The position numbers and the translations under genes were made by a program. Shown here in pieces: positions 41,807 to 50,885 of a stretch of 64,000 bases of DNA. This stretch comes from a virus. Lineage: Duplodnaviria; Heunggongvirae; Uroviricota; Caudoviricetes. Numbering within the stretch: position 1 is the stretch's first letter; every line of letters starts with the position of its first letter. Location of the stretch: the IMG/VR virus record IMGVR_UViG_3300042549_004104, positions 96,001 through 160,000 of that record. One strand, given 5' to 3'. Below the pieces are notes generated by a model. It was given only the letters and a program-made list of their open reading frames with translations, ran no database searches and was not told the DNA's origin.

Positions 41807-42092
41807 ATTTAGATTATATTATGATGAAAACGGAGAAATATTATTCTACACATGTGAAAAACCAGAGGGTAATTATGTTATAATTGACGCACAGACATAC
41901 GCTGAATGTAGAATAGATATTAAAATTATTGATGGTAAGATCGTTAAGACAAATCAAGGTTCGTTAATTAGTAAATTAGTACCCTCAACTATTGGTATAA
42001 AATGTGCGTCAAATGATATTAATATAATTACAGAAGATATTGATAATGTAATAACATGGAATGTAAAAAGATATGAACACAGATATAATTGA
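41799..42092 (+). CDS. Hypothetical protein
   Basis: Overlap-coupled in the operon; FRLYYDENG. Confidence 0.55.
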   Translation: MLEFRLYYDENGEILFYTCEKPEGNYVIIDAQTYAECRIDIKIIDGKIVKTNQGSLISKLVPSTIGIKCASNDINIITEDIDNVITWNVKRYEHRYN

Positions 42093-43020
42093 CATAGCAG
42101 ATTTAGATTGTATATACCTAAGTTATGATGAACCACAAAAAGAAGAATTTTGGGTTAAGATAAAGAACATGGTGCCTTGGGCACGTAGAGTAGATGGGAT
42201 TAAAGGCAGTGACGCCGCACATAAAGCCGCTGCCGAAGCTAGTGATACAGAACGATTCATATTGATTGACGGGGATAACATGCCTAACATGGAGTTCTTT
42301 AATTTAACATTAGACTTTACAGACAAACCAAAAGAATATAGAAACGCACAATATCGTTGGAGAGCAGTTAATGCTATTAACGGATTACGTTATGGCAATG
42401 GTGGTATGAGTAGTTGGACAAAGGAGTACGTAATGGACATGCGTACACACGAAGCAAGTGATGGCAACGATACACATACAGTTGACTTTTGTTTAGACTA
42501 CAGTAACAGTTTATATTGGAGTATGCACGATTGCTATAGCACTACATACCCTAACTATACACCTTTTCAAGCATGGCGTGCTGGATATCGTGAAGGTGTC
42601 AAGATGTGCTTGGTGAATGGTAAGAAACCAGAAATAGATGAATTCAAGCGAAGTGTACCCGGACGTAATTTTAATAATTTAACTATATGGCACAATGTAG
42701 GGCTAGACGTAGAGAACGGTGATTGGGCTATCTATGGTGCAAGATATGGTACTTACATGACAATGCTAGAACATTGGAATGTAAAAGATGTTCAATGGTT
42801 TGATAATCTTGCAAAATTATGGGAACATATCAAAAACATTAACCCTAGACAAAATGCAGAAAGCATCGGTGAACATTTAAGAGATAAATTGGGATTACCT
42901 ATATGCACAATGAGTGCCGAACAAAGTAAATTCTTTAAGCGTCATTATAACAATGACAAGCACAATCTAGGTCCACTGGTGCGTGAAATAGATGTAATTA
43001 GAAAAATAGAAGGTTGGTAA
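42073..43020 (+). CDS. Glycosyltransferase-like protein (GT-A)
   Basis: LSYDEP, RVDGIKG..AAHKAAA, FILIDGD, YGNGG, AWRAGYREGVK. Confidence 0.6.
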   Translation: MNTDIIDIADLDCIYLSYDEPQKEEFWVKIKNMVPWARRVDGIKGSDAAHKAAAEASDTERFILIDGDNMPNMEFFNLTLDFTDKPKEYRNAQYRWRAVNAINGLRYGNGGMSSWTKEYVMDMRTHEASDGNDTHTVDFCLDYSNSLYWSMHDCYSTTYPNYTPFQAWRAGYREGVKMCLVNGKKPEIDEFKRSVPGRNFNNLTIWHNVGLDVENGDWAIYGARYGTYMTMLEHWNVKDVQWFDNLAKLWEHIKNINPRQNAESIGEHLRDKLGLPICTMSAEQSKFFKRHYNNDKHNLGPLVREIDVIRKIEGW

Positions 43021-44390
43021 TGCAATATAAAGATGAACAAGATAAAATTAAAGTTATTAAAATAAAAGTAGAAAACGAAGCCGGACCAAGTTTTTGTTTG
43101 GCTAAATGGCATCACACTACAATCTATTTACAAACTGGTGAGACACATAGTTGTTATCACCCTGCACCACATAAAATTCCATTAGAAGAATTAAAAAATA
43201 ATCCTAGCGCATTACATAATACAAATCACAAAAAACTAGAACGTAGGGAAATGCTTAACGGCGAAAAACCCACCGGCTGTCAATATTGTTGGAACATTGA
43301 AAGTTTAGGACCTGATTATATCAGTGATAGACATATTCGTAACAGTACTATTTTTACAGAAGAAAGATATAAGCAAGTTTTAAACGGTTCATGGAATCAA
43401 GATATTAATCCTGAGTATATTGAAATTAATTTTGGAAATGAATGTAACTTTAAATGTGGTTATTGTCATCCTAAATTTAGTACAAGATTTTATAATGAAA
43501 TTAAAGAACATGGTCCAGTCACTACAGTTAAAAATCACCGATGTGACATTGATTGGATGGAATTATATCAACGAGAAGAAGATAACCCATACGCAGATGC
43601 TTTTTGGGAATGGTGGCCTGAACTAAGAAAAACGTTAAACATCATGCGAGTGACAGGCGGGGAACCATTGATGCATCGTAGTACTTGGCAATTGTTTGAC
43701 AAAATTGAAAATGACCCTATGCCAAACTTAGAATTGAACATTAATAGCAATCTAGGTGTTAAACATTCACTGGTAGAAAAAATGGCAGAGACTGTTGAGA
43801 GACTGCACAATGAAAAGAAAATACGTACTTTTAGATTGTTCACAAGTATAGACACATGGGGACAGAAAGCAGAATACATACGTACAGGTTTAGACTTGAC
43901 ATTATGGGAACAAAACTTTCATACGTATTTGAATAAAACAACAATGCCTATCAATTTTATGATAACATTTAATATACTCAGTGTTACAAGTTTCACAAGT
44001 TTATTAGAAAAAATATTAGAATGGCGTAAGCAATATGGGCATAAACGTATCAGATTTGATACACCTTACCTACGAGACCCATTACAATATGATATCAATA
44101 TCTTACCAAAAGAAGATTTCATGCCTTATATGTTGAAGTCTTTAGAATTTATGGAGAAGAACATTGATGAAAAAAATGATAAATTTAGTGTGGTTGAATA
44201 TGAAAAATTTAAACGGGTAGTAGATTATATGAAGAATACACACTATGCCGAACCCAAAATCATTGAAGGAAGAAAAGATTTTTACAATTGGTTTAATGCA
44301 CTAGATAGTAGGAGAGATACAAAGTTTTTGGAAATATTCCCAGAACTTGAAGAATTCTACTATGGTTGTAAAAGTTTATTGAATCACTAA
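43020..44390 (+). CDS. Radical SAM protein with N-terminal twitch/SPASM-like Cys cluster
   Basis: CNFKCGYC, TGGEP, N-terminal FCLAKW...SCYHP...GCQYCW; ATG at 43020. Confidence 0.85.
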   Translation: MQYKDEQDKIKVIKIKVENEAGPSFCLAKWHHTTIYLQTGETHSCYHPAPHKIPLEELKNNPSALHNTNHKKLERREMLNGEKPTGCQYCWNIESLGPDYISDRHIRNSTIFTEERYKQVLNGSWNQDINPEYIEINFGNECNFKCGYCHPKFSTRFYNEIKEHGPVTTVKNHRCDIDWMELYQREEDNPYADAFWEWWPELRKTLNIMRVTGGEPLMHRSTWQLFDKIENDPMPNLELNINSNLGVKHSLVEKMAETVERLHNEKKIRTFRLFTSIDTWGQKAEYIRTGLDLTLWEQNFHTYLNKTTMPINFMITFNILSVTSFTSLLEKILEWRKQYGHKRIRFDTPYLRDPLQYDINILPKEDFMPYMLKSLEFMEKNIDEKNDKFSVVEYEKFKRVVDYMKNTHYAEPKIIEGRKDFYNWFNALDSRRDTKFLEIFPELEEFYYGCKSLLNH

Positions 44391-44411
44391 ATCACCATAA
44401 ATAAATTTACT

Positions 44412-44537
44412 ATGAAAATCTTAACAACTATAAAAAATTTTATAAAACATAAAATATTTGGTAAAATCATTAGAGAATATAAGTTTAAAAAACGTATGAA
44501 AGAAATACGTAAGCGAGATCCATTTATCTACAAATAA
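44412..44537 (+). CDS. 41-aa basic hypothetical protein
   Basis: MKILTTIKNFIKHKIFGKIIREYKFKKRMKEIRKRDPFIYK; fills the gap after a late motif. Confidence 0.6.
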   Translation: MKILTTIKNFIKHKIFGKIIREYKFKKRMKEIRKRDPFIYK

Positions 44538-44538
44538 A

Positions 44539-45576
44539 ATGTACTATAAACAACTTAAAAAGATAAACGAAGATATTGAAAGAACTCAAAAAGCAATTAT
44601 AGGTTTGGGATGTTCCTTTGTTCAAGGTCAAGGAGCATTTAATGAAGAAATTGTACAAAAATATGGGACACATTTTAGTGAATTAGGTGATCCTCTAAAT
44701 CTAAATGAAATATCAGAGCAAGAAAAAAAGCAGTTGTTGGAAACATATCCATCATTGTATATTAAAGACAACAATATAGATTTTACATTTATGGAGTATG
44801 ATAATGCATTTACTAATGTGTTAGCAGAAAAATATTTTAATAAAGAATATGCCGCAATAAATTTAGGACAGCGTGGTTGTGGTAATAGAGCAACTATAAA
44901 TGAACTATATCTAAATACAGAAATTAATTGGGATAAGTTAAAAGAAATAATTGTCATATACTGTCCTAGTGGTCTAGAAAGATTTGATTTTATAAATGAC
45001 CAGTTTAATGACCATAATCATTGGGTATGCATGTGGCCTCATTCAAAAGAAGGAAAACCACGCGGTGATCTTTGGAGTGGTTATAAAGAAGCACTATATA
45101 GTGAAAAATTTGAAGTATTGGAACAAATAACTTATATACAGCAATTATTATCTTGGTGCAAACTACATAATGCAAAATTAATTATTACTCCTGCATTTGA
45201 TGTCAGATATAATAAAGAATATTTTAAAAATGCACTATCAACTAAAATTATGCGTAGCACAAATGGTAATTTACTTGAAATAGAAAAAGAATCAGTATTC
45301 AAGTCAATAATAAAGAAAACTTTTAATATAGATCATCAAGCGGTAAATTTATTAAATTTGTTTCCATGGGAGAAAGTGTTTGAGCCTGATGATATGCCTA
45401 CATTTGTGGATATGACATTGAAACAAGAATTCAAACACACTAACCCATTAAAATATCACTTTTGGTCATTTATAGGAAAGGGGACTCCTAATAATTGGCT
45501 TACACCTTGTGCCCATCCTTCAGCTAAAGCGCATGATCTTTTTGCAAAATTGTTACATGAACATTTAACAAAATAA
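44539..45576 (+). CDS. SGNH-hydrolase-like protein
   Basis: GLGCSFVQG, INLGQRGCGN, C-terminal AHPSAKAH. Confidence 0.55.
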   Translation: MYYKQLKKINEDIERTQKAIIGLGCSFVQGQGAFNEEIVQKYGTHFSELGDPLNLNEISEQEKKQLLETYPSLYIKDNNIDFTFMEYDNAFTNVLAEKYFNKEYAAINLGQRGCGNRATINELYLNTEINWDKLKEIIVIYCPSGLERFDFINDQFNDHNHWVCMWPHSKEGKPRGDLWSGYKEALYSEKFEVLEQITYIQQLLSWCKLHNAKLIITPAFDVRYNKEYFKNALSTKIMRSTNGNLLEIEKESVFKSIIKKTFNIDHQAVNLLNLFPWEKVFEPDDMPTFVDMTLKQEFKHTNPLKYHFWSFIGKGTPNNWLTPCAHPSAKAHDLFAKLLHEHLTK

Positions 45577-45577
45577 T

Positions 45578-47074
45578 ATGAGTAAAGAAAATATGAATTA
45601 TATAGGAATAAGTGCCGGTTTTCACGATGCGGCACTTTCAGTTGTGGGAGATGGTAAAATTTTATTTGCTGGCCACGGTGAACGGTACACAGGTGTAAAA
45701 TGTGATAAAGAAATACAATCTAGTATTGTTACTGATGCACTATCATATATCAATGGTGATTTTGAATTACACTATTATGAAAGACCTTGGGTAAAGTTTC
45801 TAAGACAAATTTACACAGGAGAAAATTATAATATATTCAATATCAATCCAAAAAATGGATTGAGCAAAAATGCATATGATCTTTTAGAAAAAAAGAAAAT
45901 ACATACACATGGTCATCATTTGAGTCATGCGGCAGCTGGATTTCAAACTAGTATATTTAAAGAAGCAACGGTATTAGTAATAGATGCGATTGGTGAATTA
46001 GATACTATTAGTATTTGGGATGCACGATATAACAATAAGGGTAAAGCAGTTTACAAAAAATTGTATAGCAAAAAATACCCTAATAGTTTAGGGTTATTTT
46101 ATAGTGCATTAACCGAAAGAGTAGGTTTAAAACCCAACGAAGAAGAATATATCACAATGGGTATGGCTGCGTATGGAACTAATATGCACTACACACAGAT
46201 GTATGAAACTTTGGTTCAAGATAGTTACGATATTGAGTTTAAAGAAAATTTACACATTGGATTGCCAGAAGATTTTCTACTTAATGCTAGTAATGAAGAT
46301 TTAGCATGTAGTGGGCAATTGTTACTTGAAGGACTATTGACTAATGTGTTAAGTCGTGCTAAAATATTAGGTCGCAGTAAAAATTTAGTTTATGGAGGTG
46401 GTGTAGCATTAAATTGCTTAGCCAATAGATTACTTGGTAAATATTTTGACAATATTTGGATTATGCCTAATCCTGGTGACGCTGGTAGTAGCCTTGGTGC
46501 AGCCCTTCTTGGCTATGGCTATCCTGTCAATTATGCTGATAGTTTTCTTGGGTATAACATACCAGGTCCTTACCCTGTTGATAATTTGCTTAATAATTTA
46601 CTCACTGATAAAATTGTGGGTGTGGCATCAGGAAGAGCAGAGTTTGGTCCGAGAGCACTTGGAAACAGGAGTTTGTTGGCTGATCCGAGAGGAAAAGAAA
46701 TCAAAGATAAAGTAAATGAAATTAAAAAGAGACAAAAGTTTAGACCATTTGCACCTGTTATTTTAGAGGAACACGTGCATAACTATTTTATGATGCCACT
46801 AAATTGGCGTAATAGCAAATATATGCAAGTAGTAGCAAAATGCAAGAATCCAGAAAGATTTCCTGCTATAGTACACGCAGATGGAACTAGTAGAGTTCAA
46901 ACAGTTAGTAAAGATGGTAGTGGTATACGTGAATTACTTGAGAACTGGTTTAAGTTGACAGGCTGTCCCATGTTGTTAAACACAAGTTTAAACATACGTG
47001 GAGAGCCAATGGTAAATACACGTGCAGATGCTGATAGATTTCAACAGTTATACAATATTAAAGTTTTAAGCTAA
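45578..47074 (+). CDS. Carbamoyltransferase, NodU/CmcH family
   Basis: FHDAA, HH.SHAA, GGVALNC, GDAG, EFGPRALGNRS, RPFAP, LLNTSLN.RGEP. Confidence 0.92.
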   Translation: MSKENMNYIGISAGFHDAALSVVGDGKILFAGHGERYTGVKCDKEIQSSIVTDALSYINGDFELHYYERPWVKFLRQIYTGENYNIFNINPKNGLSKNAYDLLEKKKIHTHGHHLSHAAAGFQTSIFKEATVLVIDAIGELDTISIWDARYNNKGKAVYKKLYSKKYPNSLGLFYSALTERVGLKPNEEEYITMGMAAYGTNMHYTQMYETLVQDSYDIEFKENLHIGLPEDFLLNASNEDLACSGQLLLEGLLTNVLSRAKILGRSKNLVYGGGVALNCLANRLLGKYFDNIWIMPNPGDAGSSLGAALLGYGYPVNYADSFLGYNIPGPYPVDNLLNNLLTDKIVGVASGRAEFGPRALGNRSLLADPRGKEIKDKVNEIKKRQKFRPFAPVILEEHVHNYFMMPLNWRNSKYMQVVAKCKNPERFPAIVHADGTSRVQTVSKDGSGIRELLENWFKLTGCPMLLNTSLNIRGEPMVNTRADADRFQQLYNIKVLS

Positions 47075-49419
47075 TGATAACAACGGAAGAACTACAGAGA
47101 AGATTTGATTTATTTGTTCAGGGTTATTGGGAAATACCAGATGGGTTAGATACAACTAACTTTGATTTTAATTGGAAACCTGAACCATACGATAGGCCTT
47201 ATATACATCAGTTTGGTACTCAACATCAAAAAACCGGCGGACCAAGATATATTATTCCAGAAAATGAAGGAGTTAAATATCAAAATTTTCAACGTGCAAT
47301 TAAATTACCTGATATAAACAATAGATGTTGGAGACCATTAGTAAACAATTGCATAATTGATTATAGTTGGCATCCTGATGACACCGACCCTCCGTTCATT
47401 TATGTATTTGGCAATCAATGGTATGATTCTCATATTATGCCCACATACCAATATAAGGTAAAAGGTGCAACAGATAAAAAATATATTATTGATGTTAAAG
47501 CAACATTATCACATAGTAAAAATAATTGGGAAATACCTAATGACATTGATGACAGCATATTTGATTATAGTTGGGTTCCTAACCCGCATGATCCGCCATT
47601 TAAATATGAATTTGGCACACAATGGCAAAAGACAGGTGGTCCAAAATATATTGTTGAAGGTGCAACAGAAACAAAATATGTTGATACATTAAAAGTAATT
47701 AAATTGCCGGAGATGCGTAATTGGCGTATTCTTGAAGAAATAGATGCTACTAAATTTGATTTTAGTTGGCATCCAGATAGTACTGAGCCACCCATGATGT
47801 ATGAATTTGGAACACAATGGCAAAAAGCAGGTGGACCTATTTACGTAACAAAAGGTAGTACACAGAAAAAATATTGCAGTGATCAAATTGCTATTCGTAT
47901 CGCAACAGTAAATAGATGCTATCGCCCACTTGTGTCTAATCTTGAATTTGATTATAGCTGGCACCCCGATCCTAACGATCCTCCATTTATATATGTATTT
48001 GGCAATCAATGGCATCCTCCTGAAATTATGCCCACTTTAGTATACAGAGTTAAAGGTGCTACTAATAAAAAATATGTCAATGAAATAAAAGCTAAATTAA
48101 TTCCTTCGAAGGAACAATGGATTGTGCCTGATGATATTGATGATACTATGTTTGATTATAGTTGGTGTCCTGATCCAACAGAACCTCCTTTTATTTATCA
48201 ATTTGGCACACAATGGCAAAAGACAGGTGGCCCGTCTTTCGTAGTTAAAGGTGCAATTGATGTGAAATACGTTATCGACTTTACTGTTATTAAAAAACCT
48301 AATTTACATAATTGGAGAATTATTGAACCTATAGATCAAAGTACTTTTGATTTTAGTTGGCATCCTGATGACACTGATGGTAATTTTACTTATGTGTTTG
48401 GTAATAAATTTTATTCACCTGAAATTATGCCCACAATTATGTATAAGAATAAAAAGTCAGTCCAAACTAAATTTTTCTATGATATACAAGCTGATTTAAA
48501 TATACCTTCTGTAATTTATGAAGATAGTATTTTTGATAAAGTAATTCAAACTAAATTTGAAACTACATACGTTAGATTTGTGAAAGAGCATTCAGACCTC
48601 AAATTAAATTATATAACTGGTGAAAGAGTTAACACATTATTTCCTAATTATTTGATAGGTAATCAGGCAATCATACACAAAGACGCTAAAAAACATTTAT
48701 ATGATACACTTACTGATTATCCTTGCGTTACACATCAGGCTAATAGTCAAGATACATCATTAGATATTATTTTCTTAAGTAATGGTGAAGCCATAGCAGA
48801 TGAAAATTATGAACATTTGTTGAATATGACTAAAGATAAACCTAATAGAGTTATTAGGATTGATAAAGTGAACGGTAGAGTGGCCAGTCAACATGCGGCT
48901 GCAAATGCAAGCAACACTGAATGGTATTTTTTAGTTAATGGTAAATTGCGAATCAATGAAAATTTTGATTTTAATTGGCAACCCGACATATATATGACAC
49001 GAAAACATTATGTGTTTACAGCTACCAATCCTATCAATAACTTAGAATACGGACATATGGCTATAGTGGCAAATAATAAAAAACTAACACTAGCAACTAT
49101 AGGTAAAGGACTTGATTTTACTATGGATAGTCCTATAAAATCTCTACCCATAAATAGTGGTATTGCTGTGTTCAATAGTAGTCCTTGGGATACATGGAGA
49201 ACAGCATTTAGAGAAGTTATTAAGTTATGTGATAGTAAAGATAAAGAAAGTAAAAATCGCTTGATAATTTGGACAAATATTGCTGAGGGAGATTTTGCCC
49301 AAGAGTGTTTACAGGGAGCCAAAGAGGCTGTAGAATATTATAATCAAGTAAATGGTGACTTTGAAAAGTTGAAATTATCATACGATTGGGATTGGTTATA
49401 CCAAAAGTATAATAAATAA
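47074..49419 (+). CDS. Seven-repeat protein fused to a degenerate GT-A-like domain
   Basis: Seven ~65-aa FDYSWxPD..PP..Y.FG repeats; the C-terminal domain resembles 42073..43020. Confidence 0.6.
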   Translation: MITTEELQRRFDLFVQGYWEIPDGLDTTNFDFNWKPEPYDRPYIHQFGTQHQKTGGPRYIIPENEGVKYQNFQRAIKLPDINNRCWRPLVNNCIIDYSWHPDDTDPPFIYVFGNQWYDSHIMPTYQYKVKGATDKKYIIDVKATLSHSKNNWEIPNDIDDSIFDYSWVPNPHDPPFKYEFGTQWQKTGGPKYIVEGATETKYVDTLKVIKLPEMRNWRILEEIDATKFDFSWHPDSTEPPMMYEFGTQWQKAGGPIYVTKGSTQKKYCSDQIAIRIATVNRCYRPLVSNLEFDYSWHPDPNDPPFIYVFGNQWHPPEIMPTLVYRVKGATNKKYVNEIKAKLIPSKEQWIVPDDIDDTMFDYSWCPDPTEPPFIYQFGTQWQKTGGPSFVVKGAIDVKYVIDFTVIKKPNLHNWRIIEPIDQSTFDFSWHPDDTDGNFTYVFGNKFYSPEIMPTIMYKNKKSVQTKFFYDIQADLNIPSVIYEDSIFDKVIQTKFETTYVRFVKEHSDLKLNYITGERVNTLFPNYLIGNQAIIHKDAKKHLYDTLTDYPCVTHQANSQDTSLDIIFLSNGEAIADENYEHLLNMTKDKPNRVIRIDKVNGRVASQHAAANASNTEWYFLVNGKLRINENFDFNWQPDIYMTRKHYVFTATNPINNLEYGHMAIVANNKKLTLATIGKGLDFTMDSPIKSLPINSGIAVFNSSPWDTWRTAFREVIKLCDSKDKESKNRLIIWTNIAEGDFAQECLQGAKEAVEYYNQVNGDFEKLKLSYDWDWLYQKYNK

Positions 49420-49423
49420 GTTT

Positions 49424-49516
49424 ATGTTTTACTTTTTATTGTTTATTGCCCTAATAGTCGCAGCCTTAATATATTTTATATTAGATTGGCAAAGTAAACA
49501 TGAAGATGGTGAATAA
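49424..49516 (+). CDS. 30-aa membrane peptide
   Basis: MFYFLLFIALIVAALIYFILDWQSKHEDGE; late motif 5 nt upstream. Confidence 0.45.
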   Translation: MFYFLLFIALIVAALIYFILDWQSKHEDGE

Positions 49517-49530
49517 ATTTAGGAACTATT

Positions 49531-49680
49531 ATGGAACTAGTACGATACAGAGATGCGGGTATGAACTCATATACTTGGTTTTATGTAAATGAAAAGCAAA
49601 ATTGTATTAGTCCGTTTTTTGATAGTGAAGAAGAAGCCAAAGATTGGTTTGAAAAAGTCTTTGATGAAGTGCAAGAGTAA
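49531..49680 (+). CDS. 49-aa hypothetical protein
   Basis: AGGA RBS; MELVRYRDAG...SPFFDSEEEAKDWF. Confidence 0.55.
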   Translation: MELVRYRDAGMNSYTWFYVNEKQNCISPFFDSEEEAKDWFEKVFDEVQE

Positions 49681-49687
49681 GGTTAAT

Positions 49688-49936
49688 ATGAAAATTTTGA
49701 AGTTTTACGCAGATTGGTGCGGTCCATGTAAAATGTTATCAAAGACGATTGATTCAATTAAAGAAGAAATTCCATTTGAAATTGAAGAAATCGATGCTGA
49801 TAACAATTCAGATATGGCTGTGAAATATAAAATTCGTGGGCTGCCTACAATGATTATTGTAGACGGTGATACGGAAATTAAACGACACACCGGTAACATG
49901 ACTGCGGATCAAGTCAAAGATTTTGTAAAAATATAA
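49688..49936 (+). CDS. trxA: Thioredoxin
   Basis: KFYADWCGPCK active site and IRGLPT; true start is ATG 49688. Confidence 0.9.
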   Translation: MKILKFYADWCGPCKMLSKTIDSIKEEIPFEIEEIDADNNSDMAVKYKIRGLPTMIIVDGDTEIKRHTGNMTADQVKDFVKI

Positions 49937-49955
49937 GTTATTGCTGTATGAAGCA
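49937..49955 (+). repeat. 19-bp direct repeat of the tmRNA acceptor-piece 5' end
   Basis: GTTATTGCTGTATGAAGCA is identical to 50428-50446. Confidence 0.85.
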
Positions 49956-49966
49956 GAAGGAAAGTT

Positions 49967-50074
49967 ATGTTAGGTTTATGTTTATTTTTAGCATTTTGGG
50001 TAGTATTTGGTATAGGATATCTCACTAGAGATAAATCCAAAGACAAAGAAAAACCTCAACACTTTGGTCACTGA
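49967..50074 (+). CDS. 35-aa membrane peptide
   Basis: AAGGA RBS; MLGLCLFLAFWVVFGIGYLTRDKSK...; TGATG overlap with the next gene. Confidence 0.5.
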   Translation: MLGLCLFLAFWVVFGIGYLTRDKSKDKEKPQHFGH

Positions 50075-50427
50075 TGTCAGATCATCAGTTGGTCTGTTCT
50101 TTGATTAAAACTCAAGAACAAGTTGTTTACGATTACACCAAAAATAAATGCAGTCTTGTATTCACTGTATCTGTGATCAAAAACAAAGTTCGGTCTAAAA
50201 AAATATCCACAGCAGTTTTCAAGTATGATAAGGACAACAAATGGTATCCGCATCACATTGAAGTATACCCTGACTACAAACGAACGGGTGTGGCCACGGT
50301 GATGTACGACATTGTGCAAAGTGAGATTGACGGAGTACTAGTTCCGAGCGATGAACAAAGCGATGCAGCCAAAGAATTTTGGCGTAACAGGTCATTGACA
50401 ACTCGCCTGAATAAATATATACTGTAG
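50074..50427 (+). CDS. GNAT-family acetyltransferase-like protein
   Basis: HIEVYPDYKRTGVAT motif A and QSDAAKEFW motif B. Confidence 0.65.
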   Translation: MSDHQLVCSLIKTQEQVVYDYTKNKCSLVFTVSVIKNKVRSKKISTAVFKYDKDNKWYPHHIEVYPDYKRTGVATVMYDIVQSEIDGVLVPSDEQSDAAKEFWRNRSLTTRLNKYIL

Positions 50428-50830
50428 GTTATTGCTGTATGAAGCAAAGAGAAAAGTGTTCTGGACGGGGGTGCGAATCCCCCCAGGTCCACCATAAGGA
50501 GTTTGTATGTGGCAAAGATTAGTTAATTGGTTGTCCGAAAGTTGGAAAGAAACTGGAGAAGCGGCAACATGGACAGTTGACTGGGTATATGGCGATACAG
50601 ACTGATTATGATGGGCCTGCATAGTTTCGACAGGGCAAGTAGTAACAGAGTGGACAGCACGGGAATGTGAAACCTGTAGGATTGAGGTAACTTTAGTCGC
50701 TATACCCATAGTGTAGAAAGACGAAGCTCGGTCGAAGAAGCAAAAAAAGTAACCGCAAACGACTCACAGTTCGCATTGGCTGCTTGATAAAAGCACCCTA
50801 GGGTAAGACATACCTCGTAACAGAAACTCA
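50424..50830 (+). ncRNA. ssrA: Circularly permuted (two-piece) tmRNA
   Basis: The acceptor piece comes first: T-arm GGGGG-UGCGAAU-CCCCC and CAGGUCC-A-CCA ending at 50494. The coding piece starts GGGCCUG at 50613, pairing 7/7 with the G3-U70 Ala determinant, then UUCGAC. Tag ANDSQFALAA-TGA-TAA at 50755-50790. Late motif at 50411; outer ends approximate. Confidence 0.93.
50507..50605 (+). CDS. 32-aa Trp-rich peptide inside the tmRNA intervening segment
   Basis: TAAGGAG (50495-50501) 5 nt before the ATG; MWQRLVNWLSESWKETGEAATWTVDWVYGDTD-TGA. Confidence 0.6.
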   Translation: MWQRLVNWLSESWKETGEAATWTVDWVYGDTD

Positions 50831-50855
50831 AATAGGCACTTCGGTGCCTATTTTT
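50830..50855 (+). terminator. Intrinsic terminator of the tmRNA transcript
   Basis: ATAGGCAC-TTCG-GTGCCTAT followed by a T-run. Confidence 0.9.
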
Positions 50856-50885
50856 CTAGGTATCCTAATGTATGATATATATTGT

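Noticed and set aside
43020-44390. Radical SAM as PqqE or as maturase of the Trp-rich peptide
   Set aside because: The Cys cluster is N-terminal rather than a C-terminal SPASM, there is no PqqD/RRE, and it is coupled to glycosyltransferases 6-8 kb from either peptide.
49589-49687. N-terminal extension of thioredoxin in the ORF track
   Set aside because: Overlaps a separate RBS-bearing ORF (49531-49680); thioredoxin starts at 49688.
50274-50709. Minus-strand ORFs of 73 and 105 aa, and a possible tRNA-Ala
   Set aside because: The ORFs are antisense shadows of the tmRNA; the tRNA-like part has no anticodon arm and its 5' strand lies downstream.
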